Assembly: GCA_051362555.1 (NCBI GenBank)
Contig: CM120643.1
Coordinates: 8,928,001 to 8,992,000 of the forward strand
Source of the DNA: Lingula anatina
Taxonomy: Eukaryota > Animalia > Brachiopoda
Direction of reading: 5' to 3'
DNA: 64,000 bases
Shown in pieces: positions 12,501-24,224 of the stretch; position 1 is the first letter of the stretch, and every line of letters starts with the position of its first letter. Made by a program: the position numbers and the translations under genes. The notes beneath the pieces are model-generated. The model worked only from the letters and a program-made list of their open reading frames with translations, ran no database searches and had not been told where the DNA came from.

Positions 12501-15500
12501 CAAAACAAGAGGAACTGGAAGAAGTTGAGGATCGAATAGATTCTTTAGAAAAACAACTCTTGCGGGAGATCGTGAAAAACCGCATCATGAACAGCACGCT
12601 CACTAGGTACGACGTGGCGCTCCAGCGCGCGGAGAGTCTGCTATGGGAGCAGCGCAGCAACATGACTCATCTTTCTGACCGCGTTCAGGAACTTGAGAAG
12701 AGCCTGGAGTACCAGAAGGTGAAGACCAACAGCCTGGACAAGAAACTGTCCAGTGTTATGATCAACGTAGGAGAGGTGATTAACTACGTGGAGAAAAAGC
12801 TACCTAAAGGGACAAATATTTACGAGAAGGCCATTGCAGTCCAGGCAGCATCTGCCGTACAGACATGTGGCATCAGTGATAACCATACCATCTTCAAAGG
12901 TAAGTTACTTACCTGCCAATCCACATTGCTCCTCTACAGGTCCACAGTCAGGGGGGGTTGGGGTTTTTTTGTTTTTTTTTTATTTGAAAAAGTCCATATT
13001 TTCAGAAAAAGAAACCCTTTCTATGCTGGGAAAAAGTCCACTCTGGATAAATTTGATATAGATAAACTAAGGTTTCATGACAAAAATGTCCACATTTTCA
13101 GAAATAGAACCCCTCCCCCCTTTGGCAATTGCTGGCTGAAGGGCTGCTCTATAACATCTTTACATCTTTTCACACTACAGTAAAATACTTTCGTCTTTTC
13201 ACAGCCGAGAAAAAGAGTAAAGAAAAGGTACATGTTCACCTCATCTTAACTCTTTTCAAGTAACTTGTAGGGAAAAGAAGTAGCAAAAAGCGGAGTTCAG
13301 AACAAAAGATGCAAAGGAAAATATTTGGTAAAAAGTTGTACTCCGGATGAGAGATGTAATACTGATGTTGCAGTTATGTCATTAATGTACAGTAAGAATG
13401 TTTAAAATAAACTGAACATTACCAGCACTTAGTACTCAATTTAATTGACTGGAAACTAAGGGCTTGAAAACCAAATTTATAAATCTTTCTAAACACTTAA
13501 AAATTGTACCCTTTGGGGAAAAAAAAAGCTGAATATATTATTTAATGCTTAAAAATGAGACATTACAGCAAACAAAGTCAGAAAGGCAACAGTGAAAAAG
13601 TCTCATGTTACATAAAACAGGATATATTGTCCCAAGTTGAACTATTTCACATGCTTATGAAAACAGAGCGCATCGACCAGAGTGCCTCGGGAGTTTCTGA
13701 GTTGAAAGGTTCACTGCTTCCCTGCACATGACAGGGAATACTCCATAGTTTGCTCTGACATTGCCACATTGTCTAAATACTCGAGTTCGATTATTGGAAT
13801 GACAGACGTGATATTATTACTGTAACAGCTCCTGTAACAATAATGCTCAGGATTAGACTTGTCATTTTTGGTTCTAGCTAAGAGAGATTTCACAAAAATC
13901 ATTTTATTTGTTCAAAAGTTCCTTTAGTTACTAAAAATATGGAAAATTGGATGAGCATTCTCAATCTTTGAGCTTAGAAGAAACACTGGCAACAGAAACT
14001 ACAACTGTTCCAAATTCCTATTAAAAGCTAATAAATAGCCCAAATTAGGATCCGCGTTGAGCCATTAATCTGCATTCTTATGTGTACTTCTTAGGCTCAA
14101 AACTGTTCTAGTTTCACTTTCTAATTTACCAGCAGGTCTAAAATCAATAAACGTGTTCCATACTGACACTATCCACCCACGCTTCCTCTTCTAAAAGGCA
14201 TTAAGTAATGTTCTCATACACTGTAACTAAAATGCTTTTAGACTTTAAACAAGAAAGCCAATATTTGATATCCCCCTCCTCCAAGAGTGCATTTAGAACA
14301 GCAGACTGAGGCAACATTCACATCGAGTTGAGCCATGGTTCTTAAAAGCCACGACCTAAATATGGCAGACGTACATGAAAGGAAAACCGCCTAATCTTTT
14401 AATAGTCTCTCCACCTCTCACAGGCCTCCCCATGTGTCGTCCCTGCGGGGGTACATTCATTAAATCTCGGCTCCATTGGGACGACACATGGGGGGATCAA
14501 ATATGGATCAAATATGGTGACCCACTTAAATTCTTGTTGCGTAATCCCCAAGGAGAATCTATTCACTGTCTAATCAGGAATTAAATGACAGGCTTTAAAG
14601 CAGGTCACCATATTTGATCCGTAGATCTGTAAGTCTGCTGTTCTGAATGTGCTCTAAAACATATAATCTCTTATATCTGAATTAAACTATTAGCATAGGG
14701 AGCCATGGGTGGGATGAATGGGAAATTATTTAGCGGGAAATGAAATTAAGTTTCTGCTTTGATCAATCTTAAGCCTAGGTCCCAACTACGTTCTGGACGC
14801 ACAGTTTTTAGGTTCCTTGCGTCTGGCTAGGATGTAGCTAGATCGCAGGGTAGGAATCATGTAATTGGTGTTGATCATGTCGAAAAAGTTTCTACGTGCC
14901 GTTTGCGTCCTCCAAAAGTCGCACGACTGACGTGCTCCTCACGCACAAACTCCCACGTTTTCCCCATTTTTTGGGCCGTGGACCACACGTAGCGTGGACC
15001 ACACGTTCAGTTGGGACCTAGGCTTTAGGAGATTGACAACAAATTTCTCTACCAGGTAAAGACCCTCCAAAAAGTTAATGCTAAGTGCACTTCTGCTTTA
15101 ACAAAGTGCTATTATAGACTTATTCACCTTGTTTTTCTCATTTTCAACATTTAACTTCATTTATATATCAAGGCCTAATTTAGATACAAAGCAAAAGAAA
15201 ATTCTACACCCTGCCTGTCAAACTAGATATTCCTTCAACTGTGGTTTTACTAGCTTCTCTATTAACCTTTGTACATCTCACACCAAGACGGTTGACATGG
15301 CCTATTTCAAGATATTACAATAAATCAGAAAATTCGAGTGAAAAAAACATCTGTTCCTTACAACAACTGCAGGAAATTCAAATCAACATTTCTGTCAGTG
15401 TTCTTTCAACATGAGATAATTTATTACTGTTTCAAGTCATATATACTGTCACAGCATAATTCCCATTGTCCTCTGAATATTTCTCACTGTAACTTTTATT

Positions 15501-15923
15501 ATTTGCATGCTTGATTTAGGCTGATTCTGCCCTAAGATAAAGGAACAAAACACTGATCTTTTGAACCTTGAGGCTGCAAACACTGTGTAATCATGTGTCT
15601 AAACGGCAGAAAAAAGCATGAATTGCGTAGGATGGAGCAACATAATACCTTCATGTAATTGATGCATGCAGATTTTCACTAAAGCATAAAAATATGGCAA
15701 CAGAAAAAATAAAGTAACAACAGATTTCTCTGGAAATATTCCAAATTATTCCAAGATGGCTGAAGTTAATACATAAAGGGTTGAGTATTTTATTTTGAAA
15801 AAGTCTTCTGTTATCAGGCATTAATTTTTTATCGATAACTTCATTAGCAATAGATTTTAAATTCTGATAACTAAAATATGCCCAATCTAAAACAAAGTTT
15901 AAAAAACGTCTGATATCTGTAAA

Positions 15924-15957
<34 letters not shown>

Positions 15958-18900
15958 ATAACAGAGCATAATTCCCAGTACATCCTAAAAATCAACTAAT
16001 ACTGGCTAGCGACTCAAATATAAAACCTTCTGTGCTTGAACAACATTAAATGAGCAAATATGTTCATTAGCTTGGTAGGGGTCCTGGACGCTTAAAAAAA
16101 AAACACCTAGCGGTCAGTGAGTATCAACATCTGCTCACATCAGTCTGCTGAAGGCCTATGTCCAGGTTGGCTGTAAGCTAACAGTATGAAAGTTTTTTGG
16201 CTTGTCTTTGATAATTTTCATTTATGATCCAACTACCAAGGTAATGAACATTTTTGCTCACAGTACCAGCTAGAGATTAAAAAATGAAACCTCCTGTGCT
16301 TGAAAACCTTTCAATGAAATCTGCACACATTTCAGACTGTGAGGACGTCCACTACCAAGGACACAAGGCCAGTGGGGTATACTACGTGAAGCCTCTTTAT
16401 GGTTCCTGTCCCATCCCAGTATGGTGTGATATGGACACTTTACCTGGAGGCTGGATGCTACTACAGAGAAGGGAGAGTAACAAGGTAAAGTAGTTTAACT
16501 TTTCAGAACCACTGTAAGGCCCCAATCCCATGGGCGACATTGGTCTACATGGACTAACCCATCTTTGTGAGGACTCTCACTGAATGCAATCAGTTTAATA
16601 GTTTTATGAGCCTCCTCCTGGCATAAAGTGGAATAATGAACAGGTGGTGGGTCCTTACAAACCACCCTTTTTGCCGGGAAAAGGTCCACTCTGGGTAAAA
16701 TTTCATCTAGGTAAATGAAGAATCTGTGGTAAAACCTCCACATTTTCCAAAAAACAACCCACTGTTTGAAATTGCTAGCTATGGGCCTGCCCATGGTTAT
16801 GTTCCATCCCTGCATTGTATGCTACGGATAGTCTGCCTGGCTGCTGTAGAGGAGAAGCACAAGGTTGTAATAATTGTGTTAAGCTGTCACATCTGACAAA
16901 ATGTTGAAAACATCACTCACTATCCAGCTGTTGCATTGCTATTCAAATGACGATATGTGGGACACTATTTTGCCTTTGTTTTTATACCTTTTACTTAAAA
17001 TGCTATCAAAATGTTTTGAACTTGCCAAGGAATTTCTTTGTATGTGCACACAAACAAGCACTGTGTTAACCTATGGTTCATATGCAATAGCATGTGCAAT
17101 TCCTTTCTCTTTCTCTATTACAAACGCACACGCGCACACACATACACCCCTATCTATCACACACACACACACACACACACACGCATGCACGCACACACAC
17201 ACGCACACACACACGCATACACACACCTATCTATCAGTTTATACAAAAGGTAAGACTGCATAAATGCATCATTTTGTGAAGGTGACTTATTTTCCCAACT
17301 AATAACTAAAAATCTTCCGCAGGTCGACTTCAACCGCAACTGGGCTGAGTACCGAAAGGGCTTTGGAGATGTCACTCGCGATTTCTGGATTGGCAACGAA
17401 AACCTCTTCCTGTTCACCAACCAGGATTTCTACAAACTGAGGGTGGATCTGTGGGATTTCTATGGCAGCCGTGTCTATGCCGAGTACCTGTTCTTCAAAG
17501 TTGACGGCGAGCGAGACCAGTACATGATCCACATTGCTAACTACACTGGCACTGCACGTGACGGGTTCAGTAAGCACGAGGGCAACAAGTTCAGCACGTA
17601 CGACAACGACAATGACAGCTGGTCCGAGTACCACTGCGCGAAGGACTGGAAAGGAGGCTGGTGGTACAACAACTGCTGGTACGTCATTCTGAACGGGCCA
17701 TATTACAACGAGACAGATGTCAAGTACAAAGGGATTTCGTGGAACGAATGGAAGTCGGAGCAGCTCAAAAAAGTTGAAATGAAAATAAGGCCATCTTTCT
17801 TTTATGATAATAACTGAAAGTTTTAAAATAAAAGAATATCATTTTTACTAGGACACACTCTGATTTCAAGCACTGGGCAAAAGAAGATTGTTTATTGTTC
17901 ATGATCACTAACGAGGGTTTTTTTGTTTAATGTTTGAACAATTTATGGAATGTTAAAGAAGGGTAACTAGTAACGAGAGCTAAGCTGAAGTGTTCACTTT
18001 ATGTTGAATGAGCAGGTCTCTATGATTACATGGCAGCACATGAAATCAGGTGACATCTATTTCTAGCTAATTTCAATGTGATTCATGTGCACGGTATGTA
18101 GTATTTTTACAATTAATTAAAAATATCCTGCATGCATCTGAAAATGTCCCTTAGTCGAATAATTTTTATTTCAATTCAGCAAAGCTTTTTATTTCCCAAT
18201 TCTGACTTTAAAAATAATAATGAAATGCCTTAAAAAATTAATCAAAAGCACACCTGGTGTTAATATTTCCCTCTGAATCTTAGGACTTTGTAAGGTTCAA
18301 GCTTTTGCACCTTCTGCCACAACACAAAAGAAATAATGCTGTCTCTATCATAAACAACAAAAGGCCATGCACTATGCAAAACTCAGAGGCTATTTTCCTG
18401 TTATGAAGTGAAATGGAGGTCATTCCCAAATCTGCACTGACAGTGCTCGTCATGTGAAATGTCAGAAAGATGGACGGCAGTCTAAATTATTCATTCAATC
18501 AAAAATGGTACAATAATTCCAACCCATGTTCAGAGGATGGTCGAGCAAAGGTTCATGAATTAAAACTTTTTTCTTGGGGAATATTATATTTTGCGCTAAA
18601 ATACCAGATAGGATAACTTCAATGAAATATTCAGCCATCATTTCAGAGAAGCACAATAACATGACCTAGGTACACAATCTGTTTTTGGATTATAGCACAT
18701 ATCAAGACAGCTAAGCCCAAATTTTTTTTTTTTTTTTTTTTTTTTTGAATAAAGTCAACTAATTTCCTGATCTGATATTGATATTCTTCACAATAAAAAT
18801 AAGCACGTTCACCTTCACAGCATTCTAGATAGAATTCCAGTGTGGCAAAATAATTTAAAACATGCTTAATAACAGTTTCCATCAATATCAAGGTATAATA

Positions 18901-21900
18901 CCAATAATTATTACAAATAAATTAAAATAAATAAATACACACTGTTGCTTGTTATCATTTATGCATTTCTATCAATAATCTTTATTTTTCCAGATGATCA
19001 ATGACTTTAATGAAGGACTTCAATAAATGATATTCGTTCTTTAGTTCAGATAATCCTTCCATACCCAATATTACTTGAATAAAATAATATGTAGGTTTCT
19101 ATAAGAACCCCCAAAGAAAGGAAAAGGATTGAATATCAGGTTTTATGGACAATTTTCACATCTAAAGACCATGAAAAAATACTTCATTATAACAATATAG
19201 TTTTATACACCATGTTTCTATCACTGTATGTACATGTAGTTAATATCTTCCATGCTATTTTTGAGTCAAATAATAAAAAAATTACATGACAGGGATTAAA
19301 TAAAGTTCCCATAGCAAAAACTTGATGCACTCACAGAGCTAGTTTGGTGTAACCAGTATTTAACTCTTTCTTTTTTTTTCATATCCCCATTTGCCTCGTT
19401 TCGGCAAAAAAAAAACCTCTCACAATTTTCAGCCCTGAGCTTCAGTTTCAGTACAATAAAATATTCACCTGTTATGTTTTGTCAACTGCTCCTCTGCTGC
19501 AGAGTCTATTACAGCTATCACAATCATCTTCCCAGTGCTCGCCATCTCGTTGATGGCAGGGCCGCCTACTTTAGGGTAGAGATGAAAGCGGACTTTGTTG
19601 ATCCAGGCATCCAGGGCCTGCTTAGTTGGTTCTGCTGGAACTGGAACAACAGAGATGCTGGTTTTATCTTTGTAAAGTAAGACTGACATGAAATTATATC
19701 AGATTCTCCATTTTTAACTTTAAACCAGTATAATCTAGAGAACAAAATACAGAAATTTTCATGGATTCTGTTTTTTCTTTGGGAGGGCCACCCTGTAGGT
19801 AAAATTAATTAATAAAACATCAACTTCTCGCCACTGTTTTACTTTTGTCAGCAATTACTGAAGAAAAGATGTGTGACAATTCCTTTAAACTACTGACTCG
19901 TTTTCTTTTTACATACCTTCATATTCTTCATAAACATCATCTTTGAATACAATCACAGTGGATTCTGCTTTGAGACTAGCTTTAATTTCCTAAAGACAAA
20001 ATAAAATAAAGAAAATCTATTTATTATGAAATCCTTTTAAGGACCACTGATTAACACTACATACCGTATCCATATCAAAATACAGGCTACCAACAAACAC
20101 ATACATGATGTGAATATCATTAAAGTAAGATATATATAAAAGCAAATGGCTATATATAAAAGTGATACATATAATAAATATATGAAAATAAGAAAACTCT
20201 CACCTCTGGCAGTATGCGGATCTCACCAGCATAAAAATATGTCTGCACTTTCCTCTCTTGTGCAATTTGTTTGTAGGCACTCTGAAAATATAATTTACCT
20301 GCATTTATCTCACATTTCCAAAGTAATATCATTTAACAGTCAGCAATATCATTACGGTCAACTTAAAACTGACCCATACAAAAAAAAAAGCCAAACTCTG
20401 TGAAAGGTGGCAATAAATGCTTCTTTTATGAGCCTTTCTCAATATAAATGAACAGAGACACAGGTTGACCAAGGTGTTTGAATCTGAACAAAGTCGAACT
20501 CTGATAAAGAGCTATTGTTTATCACTGCACGTTGTTGTAACTCCTCTTCTAGACTTCATTCCGAGTCTGTGTACATACTTGTTGTGTACTTAATGAAAGT
20601 GTTTCTGCTCATTTGAATTCCCATGCAGCTCATCATAATAACCTACCAGAGGTACTGAAAAATGAGGATTGTGGTTCCCCACAAATACGAAGAACACTGC
20701 CCTCATCTCACTGTTACCTAGGGGGCATCTCGATAGTCTGAAGGTTCATTGGTCCGAAAAATGGTAACATTTTCATCAGTTTTTTAATCAAGGGTTCATT
20801 GGTCTGAAAAGGGGTAACATTTTCATCAGTTTTTTAATCAAGGGTTCATTGGTCCGAAAAGTGGTAACATATTTATCGATTTTTTAACTAAGGGTTCATT
20901 GGTCCGAAGGTTCTAGAGTGAACATTCGGACCAATGAACCTTTGGACTACTGCTATGGCCCAGTTACCTACCAGAAGTGCTGACACCTGAGGATCCTGGT
21001 TCCCCACATATACAAAGAACACTGTGTCCTCATCTTTATGCTCACTTTTTGCCTCTCTAAACTTTCCAAGGCTACTTAGGAAGCGGACACCAGGACTGAA
21101 ATATAATTTGTAATAGATAAAATCAGAAATTTCAAAGTAAATTTTTTAAATTGGAAAATAATAATCCCACCATGCGCAAAAATCATATTTGATGTGCACT
21201 ATTCATGACTGTTAACCTCTAACCTTTAATTTTAGAATTAATATTATTCAGAGAATTAAAACACATAAAAGCAATTAGCACATTTATTGAATGCATTTTT
21301 AGTTTTGTTAAATTATGTATACATATTTTTGGTATAATTGATGAAATCAGCTAAATCCAAGTGAATCAATCCAATAAGATAGTTTTACCCTCTCAAATTT
21401 GCAAAACTTATCTTTTTGTTATCTATCGACAATTTTCCTTTCATTCCAGAACCTAGAGACCACACAAAGTTTTTCAGTGTTATTCTTAATATTTTGGATA
21501 AATAGATATCATGACAATTAACATATCAATTTTTAAATAACGCTGACTTCAATAAAATAAATGCCATACCATAAACCAGAATCTTCTCTCAAATTAAATA
21601 ATGAACATTTAAAGTCATCCATAAAATATCAATAACATATCTGTCAGCCAAAATATTGTCTCTAAAGAGACTAATAAAGTTTTCTACTAATGAAACAAGG
21701 CATTTCTATCCTTCATTTGTTTATTAGCATCAATACACAAGAGGTAATGATAAACCCATTTGACCAAATTAATCTGTTGCTCAAATAATTAAAATATAAG
21801 CAAGATTTCTTTGCAAATTTAGGTTAACCACAATCTCAGAGATGAATCTGCCATCAGGGAAGAAGGCGAAAAAAATGTCTTAATGTCCATGGAGCACCTT

Positions 21901-24033
21901 AGGCCAATGATATTTTTGGTTCCTAAAAAGTTGGATAGTCGGAAAAATCTCATTCTTGCAATCAGCTTATTAATACTGCACACATGACTTACCCATCTGC
22001 CTTCTTAGCAAACTGGACAATATCTTCCTTTGTCCTGTCCCCAGTAAAGGTATAGTTTTTGTCTCCTTTAATACTGAAAAGATAAAAACGACCCATCTAA
22101 TGTGTATATTGATATGTAATGTAATGTTTGTACTAGTAGGCACATTTCAGAGTAATCTTTTTTAAGCAGGTAATCTGTATATGAGAATTGAGGGGAAGAT
22201 ATTTAGAAGTTTCAAATAAAATTGGGGTCCATGATCAAGATGTTGGTTATAATGATGGAGTCAAATTAAGTAAAAATTAAGTAACAATGCTAGTATGTTC
22301 TCCACTCAAATTGCCTTTACTAACTAAACAGGTCTCCTGAACATAAATTTTACAGATATTTTATATTGGTTTTACCCCAAAATCTAGATGTTGCACATTT
22401 AATGCAAAAGTAAATAAATGACTTGCTGCAGTTGGCCCAAATTTCTTAAATTTATATAATTTTTTCAAGTTTAAAAATTGAAATATTTACAAGAATGATG
22501 TGATTTTTTTTTTTCTTCAGTCAACAGCTAATATTGAGATATTTTTTACCTCCAATATTTGGATGTCTAGCAGTAAAAACTATCTCAATATTTGCTGTTG
22601 ACTGAAGAAAAAATAACATCTTTCTTATAACATAACACAGCTGATGAAATTCTTCTCTGAAATACTTACAATTTTATAGTAGGAAATCCTCGTACTTCAA
22701 AAGCATGCATCACGGAGGAGTAAGCCGTTCCATCAAGTTTAGCCACCCTGATACCTGTATGGCGGAGTGCGAGTCCAACTTCCGTGAAAATAGGCTCTAG
22801 TTTTTTACAGTGCCCACACCATGGAGCATAAAACTGAAAGCAATGGATGCATATGTACTGATATATAATGTTTAAAATTTTAAAGCAATTCCAGACAGAC
22901 TCTACCATTATTACTTTATAATAACATTGAATTTATCAATTATAAAATCACTTCTCACATTGTTCTTACTATTGGGTAAATGATGCTACAACAGACGGAA
23001 ATTTTAGTTTTCAGATGCAAAACATTATCTCTTATTTTCTGACACATATACACCATTCCCAGTATAGGCTATCAAAACATCCTTGGCTATTTGCTATGCA
23101 AGCCACAACTGGGATTTTCTATCAGATTGTTTTCAGTTCAACATAGACTCTGAACACTGCCCTAATTGATGAAACAGTGTGACTCACCTCTACTAACCAG
23201 GATCCATCCTTTTTCTGCTCAAGAAATCTGAAAAATTTTTAAAAGAATCTTCAATCTCAGTTAAATTGAAATGCAAAGACTCCCTGACCAAAAGCTATAA
23301 AGACGTATAAAAATTATAAACCTTAATTACAAAAAAAAAAATAATAGTAATAACAATAATAAATAAATCAATAAATAAATAAATAAATAAATAAATAATG
23401 GTAAGGTTAAGAATCAGGTTGACGACAAAAAGCCTATTATATAAGTAAAGGAAAGATTAAAACAACAGTACACACTGAAACTGAAGATAAATGTCACTTA
23501 AATTTTACATGTAGCTCACTCTAGCATGTCAATATCTTATGTTATAAATAGCTCTGACTTCTAAAGGCTGATTTATCAAAGTAATGTAAAGATAATTTGA
23601 CAATCTCAGACTGCTTAACATTTTTCTCAAAATAAGAATAATTTAATCGTCAGAAATAATGTTAATGTACAAGACAATCAACAGATGCCTCGAAAAAGAT
23701 CACTCTTAAAAGATCGACAAGGAAGACCCAGACTGATCAACTTCCATCCCATAACACTGACATTAACACTGACATTAGCGCTGCAGATATCAGATAATTA
23801 ATTTCGAAAATCAAACAACAATGGGGACTATGTGCCGCTTACCTTTCGTCTAGGTTTAAAACGCTAGCAGATACGTATGCACCAAGGAAACCTGAAATAA
23901 CAAGATTGGCATCATTATTCTAATGTATTTACTCTTTGTGAATAAATTGCACTTGTTTATAAACATAAAACCGACACATAAAATTACCGAGAACTGCGAT
24001 GACACTCCACTTCCACTTCTCCATTGTAGTCAT
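836..24033 (-). CDS. TMX3: Thioredoxin-related transmembrane protein 3 (PDI family), 14 coding exons, ~454 aa
   Basis: Exons joined at GT-AG sites keep one open frame: 24033-23988, 23891-23843, 23227-23188, 22833-22670, 22073-21993, 21095-20972, 20281-20204, 19989-19917, 19640-19469, 3261-3208, 2548-2356, 1779-1711, 1477-1312, 891-836 (1365 nt). The product has a signal peptide (MTTMEKWKWSVIAVLGFLGAYVSA), a single active site WLVEFYAPWCGHCKKLEP, non-catalytic b/b'-like domains, a TM segment LMFFLIFVLPGALISIVCY and an acidic tail ending HLKSE. This is the TMX3 architecture. Confidence 0.92.
2111..2279. mobile_element. ~170-bp MITE, family A (CAGGGGCGGAT termini)
   Basis: Terminal inverted repeats CAGGGGCGGAT...ATCTGCCCCTG with a 5-bp direct repeat ACTTC on both sides. 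Related copies lie at 3966-4144 and 42997-43158. Confidence 0.85.
3530..3582. repeat. Poly(A) homopolymer of about 50 nt
   Basis: Seen directly in the sequence. Confidence 0.95.
3966..4144. mobile_element. Diverged copy of MITE family A
   Basis: The internal sequence aligns by eye with 2111-2279 and the right end reads GGGTCCGCCCCTG. The left end is degenerate and no TSD is visible. Confidence 0.75.
8473..8520 (+). pseudogene. Degenerate fragment duplicated from exon 1 of the fibrinogen-related gene
   Basis: AACCAATCAGCTTCAAAACTGACAAATGCACAGACAACTT closely matches AACCAATCAGCTTCAAGACCGAGAAATGCACGTACAACTT at 12369-12408 (PISFKTEKCTYNL). Confidence 0.7.
8762..11480. mobile_element. Internally deleted ISL2EU-type DNA transposon (PIF/Harbinger-related) with two convergent gene remnants
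   Basis: AT flanks at 8760-61 and 11481-82, with imperfect TIRs (GGGGAATACC...CAGTCCTTC versus GAGGTATACC...CAGTCCTTC). The plus strand carries a SAP remnant (LTVNQLKRNLLECGAITSG*KCELTGR, 8867-8967) and a YqaJ-like motif RITASRFGEI (9699-9728). The minus strand carries a THAP remnant from 11369 (MPQYCCVPEC...HNFPEDSGLRLK*RVA) fused to a DDE transposase C-terminus (DRRVASKRIHVERLIDLGKTYKVL). Confidence 0.8.
10310..10915. repeat. Diverged tandem duplication of about 310 bp inside the ISL2EU-type element
   Basis: Colinear blocks such as TTTCTTAAACTGTTACAAAAAG and TCCATTGGCTGAGAAATTGCA recur about 310 bp apart. Confidence 0.8.
12284..17817 (+). CDS. Secreted angiopoietin-like / fibrinogen-related protein (signal peptide, coiled coil, FBG domain), 3 coding exons, ~419 aa; nested antisense in the TMX3 intron
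   Basis: Exons 12284-12899, 16336-16484 and 17323-17817 splice in frame (1260 nt). FBG motifs include DCEDV..G..SGVYYVKP, VWCDMDTLPGGWMLLQRR, VDFNRNWAEYRKGFGD, FWIGNENL, FSTYDNDND and GGWWYNNC. A 5'UTR acceptor TTGTTTCAG ends at 12240. Confidence 0.92.
12937..13146. mobile_element. 210-bp MITE with CAG...CTG ends and a 5-bp TSD
   Basis: Flanked by CTCTA on both sides (12932-36 and 13147-51). Related internal sequence occurs at about 16640-16790. Confidence 0.7.
14285..14654. mobile_element. MITE with ~23-bp TIRs, Harbinger-like
   Basis: Ends read GAGTGCATTTAGAACAGCAGACT and AGTCTGCTGTTCTGAATGTGCTC; flanks are CAA and TAA. Confidence 0.7.
14772..15024. mobile_element. PIF/Harbinger-type MITE
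   Basis: Perfect 16-bp TIR AGCCTAGGTCCCAACT with TTA on both sides. Confidence 0.8.
17126..17226. repeat. Imperfect (CA)n microsatellite
   Basis: Seen directly. Other simple repeats: (CA)n at ~8564 and ~15925, (TA)n at ~30419, ~45727 and ~54979, (TG)n at ~33627-33688, (AAT)n at ~39149. Confidence 0.9.
20641..20707 (-). pseudogene. Partial duplicate of TMX3 exon 6 that retains its donor site
   Basis: Reads VFFVFVGNHNPHFSVPL|gtaggt, compared with the true exon VFFVYVGNQDPQVSALL|gtaggt. Confidence 0.8.
20721..20962. mobile_element. hAT-like MITE with an 8-bp TSD and an internal 50-bp tandem array
   Basis: GTTACCTA occurs at 20713-20 and 20963-70, with ~37-bp imperfect TIRs. GGTTCATTGGTC(C/T)GAA recurs at 20743, 20793, 20843 and 20893. 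Confidence 0.85.
22497..22620. repeat. Short palindromic (hairpin/MITE-like) element
   Basis: TTTTTTCTTCAGTCAACAGCTAATATTGAGATA is inverted as TATCTCAATATTTGCTGTTGACTGAAGAAAAAA. Confidence 0.8.
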
Positions 24034-24224
24034 GCGTTTCTCCGAGACCATTGTGCAGATTTGATGATAAAATAACAATTCAGAGTAAATTGTGTTGTAA
24101 ATTTTTTAAAAATTATTTTTTTCTGATATTATCTTTAAAGTTCAATTTAGTCTATATGTATGTGTAAAAATATTACACACACAAGCAAGCATTAACTGCG
24201 AGGTAGCTTTTATTTCCGGTAAAG
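24034..24224. promoter_or_regulatory. Compact bidirectional promoter region shared by TMX3 and PFDN4
   Basis: The divergent start codons are separated by only 191 bp. An ETS-like TTCCGGT motif lies at ~24214. Confidence 0.7.

Noticed and set aside
12900-13183. C-terminal part of the 299-aa ORF
   Set aside because: It is read-through past the AG|GTAAGT donor into intron and MITE sequence.
20743-20910. CRISPR-like array (regular 50-bp period)
   Set aside because: The apparent spacers are near-identical, the array sits inside a MITE, the context is eukaryotic and there are no cas genes.
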